From positions 277,388,001 to 277,452,000 of the forward strand of contig NC_091471.1 in the NCBI RefSeq assembly GCF_036971445.1: a DNA stretch of 64,000 bases. The letters are read 5' to 3'. Positions within the stretch are counted from its first letter, which is position 1. Each line of letters starts with the position of its first letter. Made by a program: the position numbers and the translations under genes. The notes beneath the pieces were generated by a model. That model was not told where the DNA came from. It did not search any database and saw only the letters and a list, made by a program, of their open reading frames with translations. Below are positions 23,560 to 37,573 of the stretch, piece after piece. The stretch is from Narcine bancroftii (taxonomy: Eukaryota).

Positions 23560-26520
23560 GACAGAGTATCATGGTGGAGGGTTATTTTTTCAGATTGGAC
23601 GCCTGTGACCAGTGGTGTGCTGCAGTGATAGGTGGTGGATCCTCCGTTGTTTGTTATCTATTTATAACGTAGTAAATTTGCAGATGACACCAAAATTGGT
23701 GGTGCCGTGGACAGTAAGGAAGGATATCCAAGTTTACAGCAGGGTTGAGATCAAATTGGGAAGTTGGGCCAAGGAGTAGCAAATGGAATTTGACTCTAAC
23801 ATGTGACATGTTGCTCTTTGGAACATCAAACCAAGGTCATGTTTTTTATAATTTTTAAAAATAATTTTCAAACCAAGAAAATACTCAAGGAAATCAAAGA
23901 GGTTGCTTTGGCAGATAATGTGACAGTAAACCCAAAGGGCTTCTACAAATATATAACAGTAAAAGGAGAGTAAGGGACAAAATTGGTCCCTAGAGGATCG
24001 GAGTGGTCAACTATGTGTGGAGCCTCACAAGATAGGGGAGATCTTAATCAGTATTTTTGCATCAGTGTGTACTCAGGAAACTGGCAGAGTGTATAAGGAA
24101 GGAAGGGAAACAAACAGAAGGGTCATGGAACATATGGAGATTGAAGAGGAGGAGGTGCTTGCTGCCTTACTGCGAATAAAGGTAGATAAATCCCCCAGGC
24201 TGGATATGATTCCCTTGGACTTTGAGGGAGACAAGTGTAGAAATTGCAGGGGCCCTGGCAGATATATTCAAAATGTCCTTAGCCACGGGTGAGGTGCTGG
24301 AGGATTGGAGAGTAGCTTATGTTGTCCCGTTGTTTAAAAAAGGCTCCAAAAATAAAGCAGGTAATTATAGGCTGGTGAGGCTGACATCAGTAATAGGTAA
24401 ATTATTGGAAGGAGTTCTGAGAGATAGGATATACAAGTATTTGGACAGTCATGGGCTGATTAAGGACAGTCAGCATGGCTTTGTGTGTGGTAGGACATGT
24501 TTAATGAATCTTGTAGTTTTTTTTTTGTTTTTTTTTTAATTTTTTTATTTTTCACACCATAAATCACATTAGCCATGATATACACTATTTCTTTTTCACA
24601 CATATACAGTGACTTTTTCTCCCCCCCCCCCTTTCCTCCCAAACCACCCCCCCACCCCCCCCTCTCATCCATTTTAGGTATACAATCTAGGTTGCATTAA
24701 GCCAGTCAGACAATGTTGTCATTCAACGAAATTACACCAGAAATTCTACTGAGTCCATTCTTTTCTTTCCTTCTCCTTCCATCAACTTAGGTAATGTTTG
24801 TCCCCGGTAGGTTTTCGCTATTGTATTTAATGTAAGGCTCCTATACTTGTTCGAATATTTCAATATTATTTCTTAACCAATATGTTATTTTTTCTAATGG
24901 AATACATTTATTCATTTAAATTTGGTAGTTTCTTCCTTTTAATTTGGTTATGTATTCCATTAATATTTAAAGACATATAGTTCAGCGTAGCCCTTTTATA
25001 TTTTGTTTATCTTCTCTTTCCGTTTTTCCATCATTACCTTTCCTCCTTTTCCATTTCTGTTTTCTTATTTTCAACTCTTTATAAGACAACATTCCTACAA
25101 CATCTAACATTTTCCTTATTCTCCTATTTAAAACTTCTTTAGCCCCAATCTCTCCTTCCCCTCCTGAGTTGTCCTTTATCCCTTGTCGGACAACCACATC
25201 TCCCCTCTCCATTTGGATTTGTGAATCCACTCGCAAGCGTCAACTGATTTTGCAGTGACCGCTATTTCCCCCCACCCCGCCTCCCCCAGAAAAGATTTCA
25301 CTAATCTTGTAGTTTTTTTAGGCAGTTACCAAGAAGGTAGATGAAGGAAAGGCTGTGGAGATTGTCTATGTGGACTTTAGTAAAGCCTTTGACAAGGTCC
25401 CACATGGGAGGTTAGTTCATAAGGTTCAGACTCTAGGTATCCATGGAGACGTTGTAAACTGGATGTGAAATTGGCTAAATGGGAGAAGACAGAGAGAGGT
25501 AGTGGATGGTTGCTTCTCAGACTGGAGGCCTGTGACTAGTGGTGTTCCTCAGGGATCTGTGTTAGGACCATTGTTGTTTGTTGTCTATATCAATGATTTG
25601 GATGATAATGTGGTGAATTGGATCAGCAAGTTTGCTGATGACACAAAGATAGGAGGGGTGTGGACAGTGAGGAAGGTTTTTAAAGCTTGCAGAGGGATCT
25701 GAACCAACTGGAAAAATGGGACAGAAAATGGCAGATTGAGTTTAATGTAGACAAGTGTGAGGTTTTGCATTTTGGAAGGCAAAGCAAAGTAGGACATACA
25801 CAGTAAATGGTCAGGCATTGAGGAGTGTGGAGGAGCAGAGAGATCTGGGAAGATACATTGTTCCCTGAAGGTAGCTTCACGTGTGGACAGGGTTGTAAAG
25901 AAAGCTTTTGACATCTTAGCCTTTATGAATCAAAGTGTTGAGAATAGGATTTGGGATGTTATGTTGAAGTTGTTTAAGACATTGGTGAAACAAAATTTGG
26001 AGTATTGTGTGCAGTTCTGGTAACCAAACTACAGAAAGGCTATCAGTAAGATTGAAAGAGTGCAGAGAAGATTTATTGTTGCCCGGTCTTCAGGAGTTGA
26101 GTTACAGGGAAATATTAGACTGGTTAGGTCTTTATTCCTTGGAGTGAAGAAGAATGAGGGGAGATTGGATAGAGGTTTACAAGATTATGAGAGGTATAGA
26201 CAAGGTGGATGTGAATAGGCTTTTTCCTCTTAGATTGGGGAAGATAAATACGAGGTCATAGTTTTAAACTGAAAGGGGAAAGGTTTAGGGGGACATTAGG
26301 GGGAAGTTCTTCACTCAGAGAGTTGGTGGGAGTGTGGAATGAGCTGCCAACTGATGTGGTGAATGTAGTTCAAACTCAAATTTTAAGAATAAAATGGATA
26401 AATAGATGGATGGGTGAGGTCTGGAGGGTTATGAAATCGGAGCAGGACTAGTGAAATAATGGTCAGCACGAACTAGAAGGGCCAAATGGCTTGTTTTCTG
26501 TGCTGTAGTGTTCTATGCTT
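23560..26520 (+). mobile_element. CR1 LINE ORF2 fragments, interrupted by the L1-derived insertion
   Basis: WRVAYVVPLFKKG..GNYRLVRLTS; DFSKAFDKVPH; [14 protein letters not shown]; SKFADDTK; ttcta-type tail at ~26510. Confidence 0.9.
24524..25302 (-). mobile_element. 5'-truncated second copy of the non-autonomous L1 derivative
   Basis: Reverse complement of ~6265-7036; TSD aatcttgtagttttttt at 24507-24523 and 25303-25319. Confidence 0.92.
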
Positions 26521-26579
26521 CTAAGGTAGAATACCTTAGGTATTAGGTGGACAAGGTGAAGGAGTTTGACATTCTCGCA

Positions 26580-27065
26580 ATCAATGGGGGGAGGGGCTAT
26601 TGAGTACAAAAGTTGGGGCCTCATGATACAGTTGTACAGGGCAGTGGCGAGACCATGTACAGTTGTGGTCAGCCAGACACAGTAAAGGAATCATGGTTGG
26701 AAAGGGTGCAGAAAAGATTCATTGCCAAGAGGAGAGGTTGCATCAGCTGGGTGTTTATTCCCTGGAGCATTGGAGGCTGAGGGGCGACCTTATTGTAATT
26801 TATCAAATCAGGAAGGGCATGGATAAATTAATCCTCTGTCTTTTCCCCAGGTGATTCTAGAACTGGAGGGCATAGGTTTAAGGTGAGAGGGGAAGATTTA
26901 AGAGGGGCTGAGACAGCTTTTTCACTTAGGATGATCTGTATCGGGAATGGGCATCTGGATAAGGGCTTTGAAGGATACCGACCAAATGCAGGCAAATGGG
27001 ATTCTGGTTGGCATGGACAAGTTGGGCCGAAGGGTCTGTTTCGTGCTGTGTGACTCTGTGAGTGT
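26580..27065 (+). mobile_element. Old CR1 3' fragment
   Basis: EERLHQLGVYSLEHWRLRGDLI; tgactct-type tail. Confidence 0.7.
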
Positions 27066-27269
27066 TTTTATTGAGGGGCGCTGCTTTGAGGCCGGTTCAT
27101 TGGTGGAAGTAAATGTACACTTACCTTTTTCTAGAGGAGGTCTAAAAGGCTGTGGCAGCACTGCCTTTATGAAGAGCAGTGCCCCGTTGTGTCCTCTGGA
27201 GCCAATGGGGGCAGGGCGACTGGTGCCGGACTGCAGTCTGTCAACATGACAGCATACATGCGCAACGAG

Positions 27270-27378
27270 CAATGGCAGTCTTCATTACCCATAATCCCCC
27301 ACCCAGCTGGAACCGCTCTTGGAAACGCAGAGCAGTTCCAGCTGCGTGGGAGATTGTGGGTAACGAAGACGGCCATTG
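27270..27378. repeat. Imperfect palindrome with ~50-bp arms and a 9-nt loop
   Basis: caatggcagtcttcattacccataatcccccacccagctggaaccgctct pairs with agagcagttccagctgcgtgggagattgtgggtaacgaagacggccattg. Confidence 0.85.
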
Positions 27379-30300
27379 ATCCTTCTTCTACCCGGCGCCG
27401 CCCCCCAGGCATGCTAAGGGACACCGACCTCCAGCACTTGTGCAGTGTTACTGCTGCAATGACTGGGTCCTGGGTCACAGGCTGACAGCATCAATTAGAA
27501 AGCTGGCATACCGGAGAGATAAGCCTCAATGGGAGAGTCAAGGTCCTAGGAGTTTAAGCTTCAAGGACAACAATGAGCTGTGATTAGAGGATTGGGCTGA
27601 AAGAAAAAGCCAATGAATTGAACTGTTGTCCTTTTCTTGCCTTTGATCAAACTCCTTGTGTTTCTAGAAGCATAAACAAATTGGACTTGATGGTCTGAAA
27701 ATGGTGAATCATATGCTTTGCGAAAAACAGAAAAGACACATTGTGCATAAAGAACTCGGAGAGACGAGTTGCAAAGAAGGCAAATGACTAGAGTGTGTAT
27801 CAGCAACGTGGATGTTTAGGAAGATTTTGACAGGAAGACGTTGGATAATGAAGAAGCAGTAGTAAAGTTGGACAGAAGTTCACTTTTTCCAAGAGTGTGG
27901 GCTGCCACACCCCCCAAAACTATCAGAGTTAGTCACTATAGTGGTCCCATGGGTTGTCAGTGTGGTCGGGTGAGGGGGAGGTGGGGGAAACAATTGTCGT
28001 GCATCCGGGCTGGGGATTTTACTGCGGGGAGGCAACTTCACAATCCCAGAAATTAAGGAGGTGGTTGGGGGGAGACATCTCCTCAAGGTGGACCTTAAAT
28101 ACTGACACACCCCACTCCGGATGATCAATGTGTATGCCTTATCCATGTGGAGTGAGAGTTTGGCAATTTCCAGCAACTCCCACCATGGCTGGCGACGTCC
28201 AGACCGTTTGTTCTGGCCGGAGGCTTCAACCGAATCATAGACGTGGCTGGATGATCCGGCAGTGCCGACAGCAGATTAGACAGCTCCTCCAGACTTCTGA
28301 TGGAGGTAGTAAAGGGCACACAGCTGTGCGATGCTGTCAGCAACCCTGCAGGTGGAGCATAACTGCAGCCCCCCTGGTTGAGATCGACAGCTCGAGCTGG
28401 TCCCAGATAGATTTTGTCTTTGTGTCAAAGGCCGTCATGGTCTGACTACTGCTTCCTTTGTGCCTCCTGTCACCTACAGGAGGGACCAGAAGGTGGGCAG
28501 GGGGACATGGAAGCCAAACATAAAATTGCTGACCCCAGAGAATGTAGAGGAACTAAAGAAGGAATATACCGGTTGGAGAACCGTGAAACCCTTCTTTGAC
28601 TCCCCGATAACCCGTTGGGAAGCAATGAAGGAGAACATCAAGAGGTTCTTTATCCTCAAAGGTGTTTAGAGAGCAAGACAGAGTCAGAGGGAGCTGAGCC
28701 AACTCCAGACTGACCTACAAAAACTCCTCCTTCTGCAGTTGAGAGGGAGGAACTCAGAGGTGAAAAGCCAGCAAGCCTTACTATTTACCCTGAGTCCTCC
28801 AAGATCATCTTCAGATCCCGAGTCTGCACAGTGGAGCAGGATGAGACGGGCTCACGTTTCTTCTTCCAAAAGGTTCACAGAGGGAGCTCTGTGATCCACG
28901 GCCTTAAGGAAAAGGACAGTTCAGTCACATCCTCACAGACGAGCATCCAGAGGATTGGCATATCCTTCTATGCCAGCCTGTATGACATTAAGGTTACAGA
29001 AAGAATGAGCTCCCAAGACTTCCTGTCCTGCATCACAGAGGTTTTTGAGGACAGCATAAGGGAACGTCTTGATCAACCAGTGACTCTGGAGAGCTGACAG
29101 ACTCCATCCCTTCCTTTAGGTCGGTAAGATTCCCAGAAGCAATAGCTTACCGGCTGAGTCCCACTCAGTGGGACTGGGTGGGCCCCGGACCTTTTGGAAG
29201 TATACAAGTCAGGCTCCATTGGGAAGGGTATCATCATCCTCATCTACAAAAAGGGGAAGGAAAAGGACATCAGGAATTGGAGACCTATTTCAGTGCTAAA
29301 TGTAGACTGCAAGGTCCTGTCGAAGGCCATCGCCAATCAAGTCAAGTCAGCTCTGGGACAGGTGATCCATCCTGACCAGACCTGTGCTGTTCTGGGAAGG
29401 AAGATCTCTGACAGCCTTGCGTTGCTTATGGACACCATTGCCTACGTGCAGGACAGGGGAAGGCTTTCGACTAGATTTTGCACATGTACATGATGGATGT
29501 ACTCTCCAAAATGGGCTTTAGGGAGGGAATTCGGAATTGGATCCAACTATATTTGTAGTGCAGTCCAAATTAATGGGTGGGAGACAGAGAGTTTCCACAT
29601 TACGTCTACAGTTAATCAAGGCTGCCCATTGTCTCCAGTCTTATTTGTGTGTTGTATAGAGCCCTCTTGTATAGAGCCCTCTGCTGAAGCCATCAGGAAG
29701 GATAAGGACATGAGAGGAGTGATGTTGCCAGGCAGCAGAGGTGCCCAGGTCAAGGCCTCCCTGTACATGGATGACGTTGCGGTCTTCTGTTTGGTTTGGA
29801 GACTGACTAGCATATGTGGACAATTTGAGTCCACTTCGGGCACCAGGGTAAACCAAAAAGAGTGAGGCAATACTCTTCAGTAACTGGCCTGACCAGGTCC
29901 ACCATCCCCTTCATAGTCACAACTGACTCCCTGAAGGTACTGGGGATCTGGTTTGAAGGGGTGAGGAGTGCACTAAGAATTGGATGGAGCAGATCGCTAA
30001 GGTCCACCAAAAATTGGGATTGTGGGTGAGGCGTTCCCTCTCAATTACAGGAAAAAACTTGGTTATCAGGTGTGAGGTGCTCTTGGTGCTGCTGTACGTG
30101 GTTCAGGTTTGGCCCATGCCCCGCACCTGCACCTTGGCAGTTACCAGGGCAGTGTTCCTATTCATTTGGGGCTCCAAAATAGACAGGATGAGAAAGAAGC
30201 AGCGCCATGTAGAAGTCACCAGAAAATGGGTGCAAGGATGTACCCAATATGGCACTCATCCTGCATCAAGCTGTGCATGGATCAAAGGATAAGCCTGGCC

Positions 30301-30750
30301 CCACTGCCACGCAACGACCCAGTTTGCCAGACGGTGCCATACTACCTATCCTTCGTGGAGAAGTTCTTCCAGGACAATACTTTCATCCACAGGGCCATCA
30401 GACAGTGGTCACCACGGAATGTCCTGCAGAAACTGAGAGGGGACTCGATGGATCTGATGGGATGGTTCCCAGAGCAGACTGTCCAGGTCATCTGGTGGAG
30501 CACCCCATCTCTAGGGCTCACTGACAAGCACCAGGATTTGGCCTGGCTAGTGATGAGAAGAACCATCCTGGTCAGATCCTTCCAGTGACTGGAACATCAT
30601 CCTCAACACATGCTGTTAATGGGACAGCTGCGATGGGGTGGAGACTGTCACCCACCTCTTTGCCCAATGCAGATTCACAAGGAAGGTGTGGAGAGAGATG
30701 CAGGGGGCTCTGTTTTGGTTTATCACCAGTGACAGCAAGTTAGAGAACTC

Positions 30751-30974
30751 TGTAGCGGCTGCTGCGGCAGCGCTCCGGAGTAAGAAATGTCCACGCAGTA
30801 TGATGTACCCGCCAGTTTCCAGAAGTGACATCACCACATCGTGGTGTCACTCTCTGGCCGGTGGGGCACTATGCAGAAATGGAGGGTGACTTAGCCCGCA
30901 TGTGTCGCTAGGCCTTCCTGGACACGTGTTGTGGTGATATGGCCCATTTACTCGCGGTTGCTTGGCCTGCTACA
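30751..30974. mobile_element. Solo LTR nested in Tx1
   Basis: TGTAGC..GCTACA inverted termini, 4-bp TSD actc. Confidence 0.8.
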
Positions 30975-31044
30975 ACTCCCTGATTTACGGACTGTTCCCA
31001 GGTACCCACTCTGAGTCCGACATCCAGAACTGCTGGAAGACCAT

Positions 31045-31565
31045 TGTGATGTTTTTGGGAGATAAATTGGTAAAATTAGAGTAGGTTACATATATACACA
31101 CATTTTAAAACAGATTTTATTTGAAATATTTAAGAATTCATATTCAGTGACTTTACAGAAACTATGGAGAATGCTATGTGCATTTCACAAGTAGGTGCTA
31201 ATTGAAATGATGTCATGAAATGAATGGACTGGAGTCAGGTCATCTGTGTTGGACATTTTTACAAGACTTCTGACCTCTCTGCAAAGTGCTCACTCAAAGG
31301 TCATTGAGAGGTTTGTTTACCTAAAACATCAGATAGGAGCAGAAGACTGACTCCTATTGTTTGCTGGAAGGAGGGCGTTTTGCAAGTGAGAGAGAGGACA
31401 TGTGGCTGGCAGTTGGAATCTCTGAGATGGAGAGAGAAAGAGAGAGAGAGAGAGACTGAACAGTGTCAGCCAGAAGTTTGTTGGAACTGAAACAGAAGCT
31501 CCAGAGTGGCGGATGGCTGGAAGTGCTATCTATTCGATGCTTTTCTTGGAATAAGAGGAACAGAA
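31045..31565 (+). mobile_element. Truncated LTR (family of 61344-62243, opposite orientation)
   Basis: gtgactttacagaaactatggagaatgctatg resembles the reverse complement of ~62030-62080. Confidence 0.6.
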
Positions 31566-31824
31566 AGTCGATGAGATGACTGACACAATGTAAAAAGTTT
31601 CTGAATTGTTTTTCCTATACTGTAAATAATTTACTGGATATGAGGTGACTGACACTATGTAAAAGTTTTGAGCAGGTTTTGTAAATAACTTACTCAATAG
31701 GATTGAAACTACAAATGTAAAGTCTTGAACAGTCTTGTATATAATTTATTGCAAATAAAGTTTATTTTTGGATAAATGAAAGAGAGGCAGAAGAGGTCAA
31801 CAGAGAAAATGTTTCTTATTTTAG

Positions 31825-31978
31825 TTCAGCCAACTGCTGGTGTGGAGAAATGAAACACAATTCTCCAAAGTGTATCTCGGGATACGGAGTGAAAACAAAG
31901 TGGACCTGTTAGCTGTGGGAGAGCCCATTGACAGTCTCTGTAATCACATGCCGATTTACTGGCTCCAGAAAAGTAACA
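31825..31978 (+). CDS. BRICD5: BRICD5 exon 5 (FSQLLVWRNETQ..DSLCNHMPIYWLQKSN)
   Basis: ttttag| acceptor, A|GTAAGT donor; BRICHOS C-terminal LCxxxPIYW motif. Confidence 0.93.
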
Positions 31979-32368
31979 GTAAGTACTGACATTTTCTTTT
32001 GCATTTCAATGATTGCACAATGTTATTTTCTAACATACTAGGTTTCAGGTTAGGAATGATATGCTTTCAGCCAGGCCATTTATACATGACAATGCAGAAG
32101 GTCATACATATAGCTTTCTTTCTGGCTGCTCTACAATAAACTTCACTTAATTGCTGTCAAGCAAGAATAAAATTGAACTGCTTATCATTAGATGGCATCT
32201 CAACCAATGCCCTACAGTTACATGCAAGTCATCGTGATGAGTGCAGGTTCCACTTGTAATCTTCAACATCTCAGCTATGACATTTTGGCTCTGGCCGTGT
32301 GGCTCGGCTGCCAAAGGTGCAGCTAATTGTACATTGATCACATGCACATTCTGCAGACCAGAGGCTGA

Positions 32369-32518
<150 letters not shown>

Positions 32519-32960
32519 ACAACGGCACTTGTTCCTCTCGTCAGTCTTAATGAACACATGAAGACTGTTCAAAAATTCTAATGTATGTCCCATTTGCCAC
32601 TCCCTTTAGTTCCACAGTTTAGGGTCCCTTCTGTCCTCAGCACAAGTTCACTGAGCCGCATTGTAAGAAACACCATTCCCACTCCCTCCACACCTGAAGC
32701 AAACCAGATCCAGCATGTCCGACTCCTGTGTCGAAACCAGGTGGAAAAAGCTGGAAGGACAAGAGAGGAAATAACTTTTGGGAAAGCTTTGATTTTTTTT
32801 TTTAAAAAGCCATTGTTTTTCCTTTTATCTTCAAAATTAAGACCTCTCAATTGTGAAGCTATAGTTTATAAAATGAACAAAATGTGAAGATTTTCCTTCG
32901 GAATTTAAATATTAGTTAGAGAGATCATGTTCATCTATTTTTGTGATTCTCAGAAAAAAA

Positions 32961-32966
32961 AATAAA
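32961..32966 (+). promoter_or_regulatory. Candidate BRICD5 polyadenylation signal
   Basis: First AATAAA noticed after the stop codon (~440 nt downstream). Confidence 0.45.
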
Positions 32967-33479
32967 ACTGATTAAATCGAATTGGATTTAACTTGATGCC
33001 AGCGTTTAAAAGGTTTAGGCAGCATTGAATGGCATCACTCATCCTCGTTTGGGTTCATGGAACACAGGAGGAGATGGGATGAGTCAACATAGTCAGATAC
33101 AATTAGAAAATGATCATTGACCAGAGTGCAAGACAGAAATCAAATCCATGCCAATTGAATACATCAGGGAAAACAGCACGTGTACAAATGTTTGCCTTTC
33201 GTTATCTCAAGGTATGAAGCAAATTGAAACCAAGCTGTGCATTTGAAGTGAATTGTTATTGCATTTTCAGACAACACAGTTGCAAATTAGCACATATCCC
33301 TCTCTCACTAATGATAATGGGCAAATAGCCTGCACCAGTGACGGTGATGAGAAATCGAGGAGGGATATCCCTAACCTATGGTAGTGTTACAGGATCTTTC
33401 AGAAGCATTCAACAGGGCAAATGTATGTCAGTTTAACAATGCAATGCACAAGAGTGCTGGAGAAACTCAGCAGGCCACG

Positions 33480-33578
33480 CAACATCCCTAGGACATTTCA
33501 CGCCTGAGCCCATTATCAGGTATCAGGAGCAACATCCCTAGGACATTTCACGCCTGAGCCCATTATCAGGTATCAGGA
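33480..33578. repeat. Perfect 50-bp tandem duplication
   Basis: caacatccctaggacatttcacgcctgagcccattatcaggtatcagga occurs twice in tandem. Confidence 0.9.
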
Positions 33579-35149
33579 ATAGCAGGCTCGCCTGAATAAA
33601 AAGGTGGAGGAAGGGAGGAAGGGGAAGGGAGAGGAGGGAGGGGAAGGGGGAGGAGTATAGGCCAACAGATGGTTGGAGTAGAAGCTGCAAAGGGATGGGG
33701 GAGAGAAAGATAGCTCGATAATCAGTTCAATGCTCACATCCAAGAATATCACCGCATTTTGTAGGTGGCTGAAAGGAATTTAAATATTGAAGAGAATGTA
33801 GACTGAACTGGGATGGTTGAAGGAACAGTGTAGTGGATAGAATCTACATGCCTACCTGCACTTTTGTGAGGTGGTGGGGTCAGGTCCCAACTTCTGACAA
33901 TGAGTGCAGTGCCAGCAACTGGTAACAGGAAACATAAATGGGTGGGAGCAGCTCCAACGATCCAGAAGCCTGATGGTATCTTGGTCCAACCACCTGCGTC
34001 AGCACTCCATTCAAGATCAAACATTCACTCCGTGGCCATGTTGATTGCAACCAGAGTGCAGCAAGGTTTCTTTGAATGGCCCTCTCAAACCTAACACCTC
34101 CACCACCCTGAAGTAAATAGAGACATGCGCAATGCAACATTACAACTGAAACTTCTCCTGCCACATCACTCACGGACCTGGCTTCATCCTCACCCAGTAG
34201 TTATTTGGGGATATTGTCGCCACAGGAGCTACAGAGAGGTTCAGTGCCACCTTCTTAAGATAATTGAGAAGGTGGAGATTAACTCAGGGCTTTTGAAAGA
34301 TGCTCTCATTCCATGGATTCCATTTTAAAAAGGAATTGATTCACATTCACTCATTCAACAATAAAATCTCTTAAAGGGTTCAAACAAAAAATGGGAACTC
34401 AGGGCCCGGCCAGTTGTGTTTCTATTATTTTGGTGCGGTTTTAATGATTAATGGTGCAGAATCCATGAACTGCACTGTTTCACAATTCTAGATGTTAAAA
34501 GCATCTGCCTCCAGATAAAATGGCAACTTGGTGCAGGATTAACAATTTCCACTGTGTCCACTCAAATAACGAGCAGTGAAAATAAACCAGCTCACGTACG
34601 AGACCAACTTCCAATCTTTTCTATTACCAAGAGAACATGAAAGAGATGTGATATTGATGATAACTTTTAACAACACACAAAATGTTTTTAACGCGTACAA
34701 ATGTTGCATTACAATTTTACATGAGACATCCTTCGTACCGCACAAAATCTCCTCAGCTTATGTTATTGGTGAACAAGTTCAGGAGATCTGGTGCCATGTT
34801 AATGTGTGTTAAATGTATTACACAAGATCTCCTGAACTCATTCCCTTAGATTGGCCCTGTCTTCACCAGCAGACTCACTCTGACATGTATTTCCCTCCAA
34901 CGTTACAGTCTTCTTCAGATTGCCCAGTACGTGTGCCACTGGATATTTCTTTGTGAACAGCATGAAATCTTCGCTCCATCAGCATTCTGCATCGTTGAAG
35001 TCCCAGTGTCTGAGCTGAGGCTATCCAACTGCCATCTTGCAGCTCAAGTGATAGGATCAAAGCCAGAGATTGAATACACAGAAAGATTCAGTCCGCAGCA
35101 ACTTGCATCAAAGTTGCATTTTTGTAGGTCTGCAGGCGGTGTGATTGTA

Positions 35150-36250
35150 GTTTATACTCAAACGTGCTGCAGGAACTCAGCAGGTCCCGCAACGTCTAGA
35201 ATCCGATATATAACCAATATTTTGGGCTTCAGCCCTTCTTCAGAGTATGAGCAAAAAGTCAGGCACCTGAATTAAAATGTGGGTGGGGGAGGAGTACAGG
35301 CCAACAGCCAAGAGGACATGGAGAGGAGGGCAGGAGAGAAAAGCTGAGAGCTGAGAGGCAAGAAAGGACAGAGTGAAAGGGAAAGAGATAGAAACAAAGG
35401 GTGGGGAGCAAGGAGAAAGGGGAATAGGTAAAGGGAGAGACAGGGCTAACGGAAACAGGTCAATATTAATGAGATGTGGTTGGAGGGTGTCCAGATGGAG
35501 TATGAGGTGTTCTTCCTCCAATTTACGAGTGGTCTGTTTGGCAGTGCATGACAGACATTTTGGCATGGGATGGGGGTGCATTGAAATGGGTTGAAATTGA
35601 AACGCCTCCTGTGACCGCAGGAAATGCTACACGTGCCTACAACTCCTTGCTCACCACCATTCAAGTAACAACCTTTCCAAGTAAAACTTGACTTGTGAAT
35701 CTGGAGGGGTCTACTGTCTCCAGTGCTCCCGTTGTGGACTCCTCTACATCAGAGGGACTGGACGTAGACTGGAAGATTGCTTCATCGAACACCTATGCTC
35801 TGTCCACTGTGATTGTAGCAACCCACTTCAATTTCCTGCCCCATTCCCATAGGAAATGTCTGTTCAGTCTCATGCACTGCTAAACTGAGACCACCTGCAA
35901 ATTGGGGGAACACCTCTTATTCCAGATGGCATTAACGTTAACCCGCCCTGCACTGCCTCCCTTTTTGCCTGTCCCATGGCCTTCTTTCCTCCAACTCTCC
36001 ATTTACACAATTACTCCCCTCCCCCTTCAATTCTCAGCTTTACTCTCTTCCCTCCTATCCATGTTCACCTCTTGACTGTTGACCTATGCTCCTCCCCTGA
36101 TGCTTCTTCCCACCTCCCCCAACCTTTTTATTCAGACTCCTGCCTGCTCATACCTTACCCAAGGGCTCAGGCCTGAAATGTTGGTTATGTTCTTATGCCT
36201 CTTGTGGACGCTGCGGAACCTGCTGAGCTTCTCCAGCACCTTTGTGTATT
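35150..36250. mobile_element. Penelope-like element fragments in inverted arrangement (35150-35560 -, 35670-36250 +)
   Basis: GIY-YIG-like VYCLQCSRCGLLYIRGTGRRLEDCFIEHL at ~35710; RKLEEEHLI on -; similar 3' tails at ~33450-33720 and ~42780-43050. Confidence 0.75.
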
Positions 36251-36355
36251 AATTGCCTTTTTGTAGTGACTCGTGAAAGCAACCTGACAGGAATGCATTT
36301 CAATGTGGCTGGGAAAGGACATGGAGAGAGTGGGGCCATGGTCCTTTGGGGACAT

Positions 36356-36474
36356 TCATCCCAGCACACTGTCATTGAAGGCGAGACAGACAACTGCTTT
36401 CTGATGCCCACTGTACTCCCGTTTAATTTCACCAGTCTCCACACACCACAACCGGGCAAGGTTATCTGAAGAAG
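36356..36474 (-). CDS. MLST8: MTOR-associated protein LST8 homolog, last coding exon ([39 protein letters not shown])
   Basis: AG acceptor, TGA at 36356-36358, matches the mLST8 C-terminal WD40 repeat. Confidence 0.98.
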
Positions 36475-36669
36475 CTGTGTAGGGAAAGAAAAGAGTCAGC
36501 CTTCACACGTAAAGAACAACTACTGCACAAACTTCAAGATTAAAATCACGTCAACATGCCTTACAAGTGCCCACTGGAAACTCCTTCGTCTCAAATAACC
36601 TCCCTTGTTGGATGGTTACCTGAACACTTAACCTGGTTAACATATACTTAATAAAAGAGCAATAGTAAT

Positions 36670-36895
36670 TCACAGTTAGCGTAGCCATTAGTGCCACGCT
36701 GTTACAGCAACAGCGACCGGGGCACAAATCCCGTGCTGTCTGTAAGGAGCTTGTATGTTCTCCCCTTGTCTGCGTGGGTTTCCTTCCACCGTTCAAAGCA
36801 CACTGGAGGTTGGAAGTTAATTGGATGTGATTGGGCGGCATGGGCCCGTGGGCTGAAATGGCCTGTTACCGTGCTGTATGTCTAAATTTAAATTT
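36670..36895 (+). mobile_element. tRNA-derived SINE
   Basis: Degenerate A/B boxes, family body, taaattt tail. Confidence 0.7.
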
Positions 36896-37573
36896 AGTTT
36901 CTTAAACTTGAATGTGACAGGATGTAAGCATAGTTTACAGCTACTCAACTACCTCTGAAGTATGTTATTGTTAAGATTAAAAATATAGAAGCCATGTCAG
37001 ACTTGGATAGGATTAGTTGGTTGAGAGATTAATGTAGAGGACTGAAGTGAACATCCGCACTAGTTTTGATAATCGCTCCATGGAATCTTTGGCATCTATC
37101 CAAAGAGATAAATGGGATTTCAATTTAACTCCTTACCTGAAGAATTAGAATTTATTGTCATGAACATGTCACAAAATTCATTGTCTTGCTGCAATTAATT
37201 GGTTAACGTTAATGCCATCTTTCTAGCAGTACAGTGTGTACCTCATTTACATAGTGAGAATTGAACTCCAACCTTCCAACTCAGAATTGAGGAAAACTGC
37301 TGGATTTGGTTAGAGGGCACGAAACATCATCCAGCCACAGACGTAGATGTTCTCCAAATCCAACACAACTGCATACTGCTCCCCTATCATCCTCTACCTG
37401 AGGACATGGGATTAAATTTAGATATTATATTGAGTTTCCTACATTCTTCCAGGGAGTTTAATTTTTGAGTTAAATCCATGTGAAATTTGGCACTCCTATC
37501 AGAGCAAACTGGGAACCAGCATAAGTAGTGCTTGACTAGAACCAGTGCTTTATTTTGATGGTTCACTTCTTAC

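Larger units (their letters stand above)
27780..31775 (+). mobile_element. Tx1-clade non-LTR retrotransposon, degenerate ORF2 and 3' UTR
   Basis: SRFFFQKV; IRNWRPISVLNVDCKVLSK; QGCPLSP; SLYMDDV; ETVTHLFAQC; 3' AATAAA at ~31755. Confidence 0.85.
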
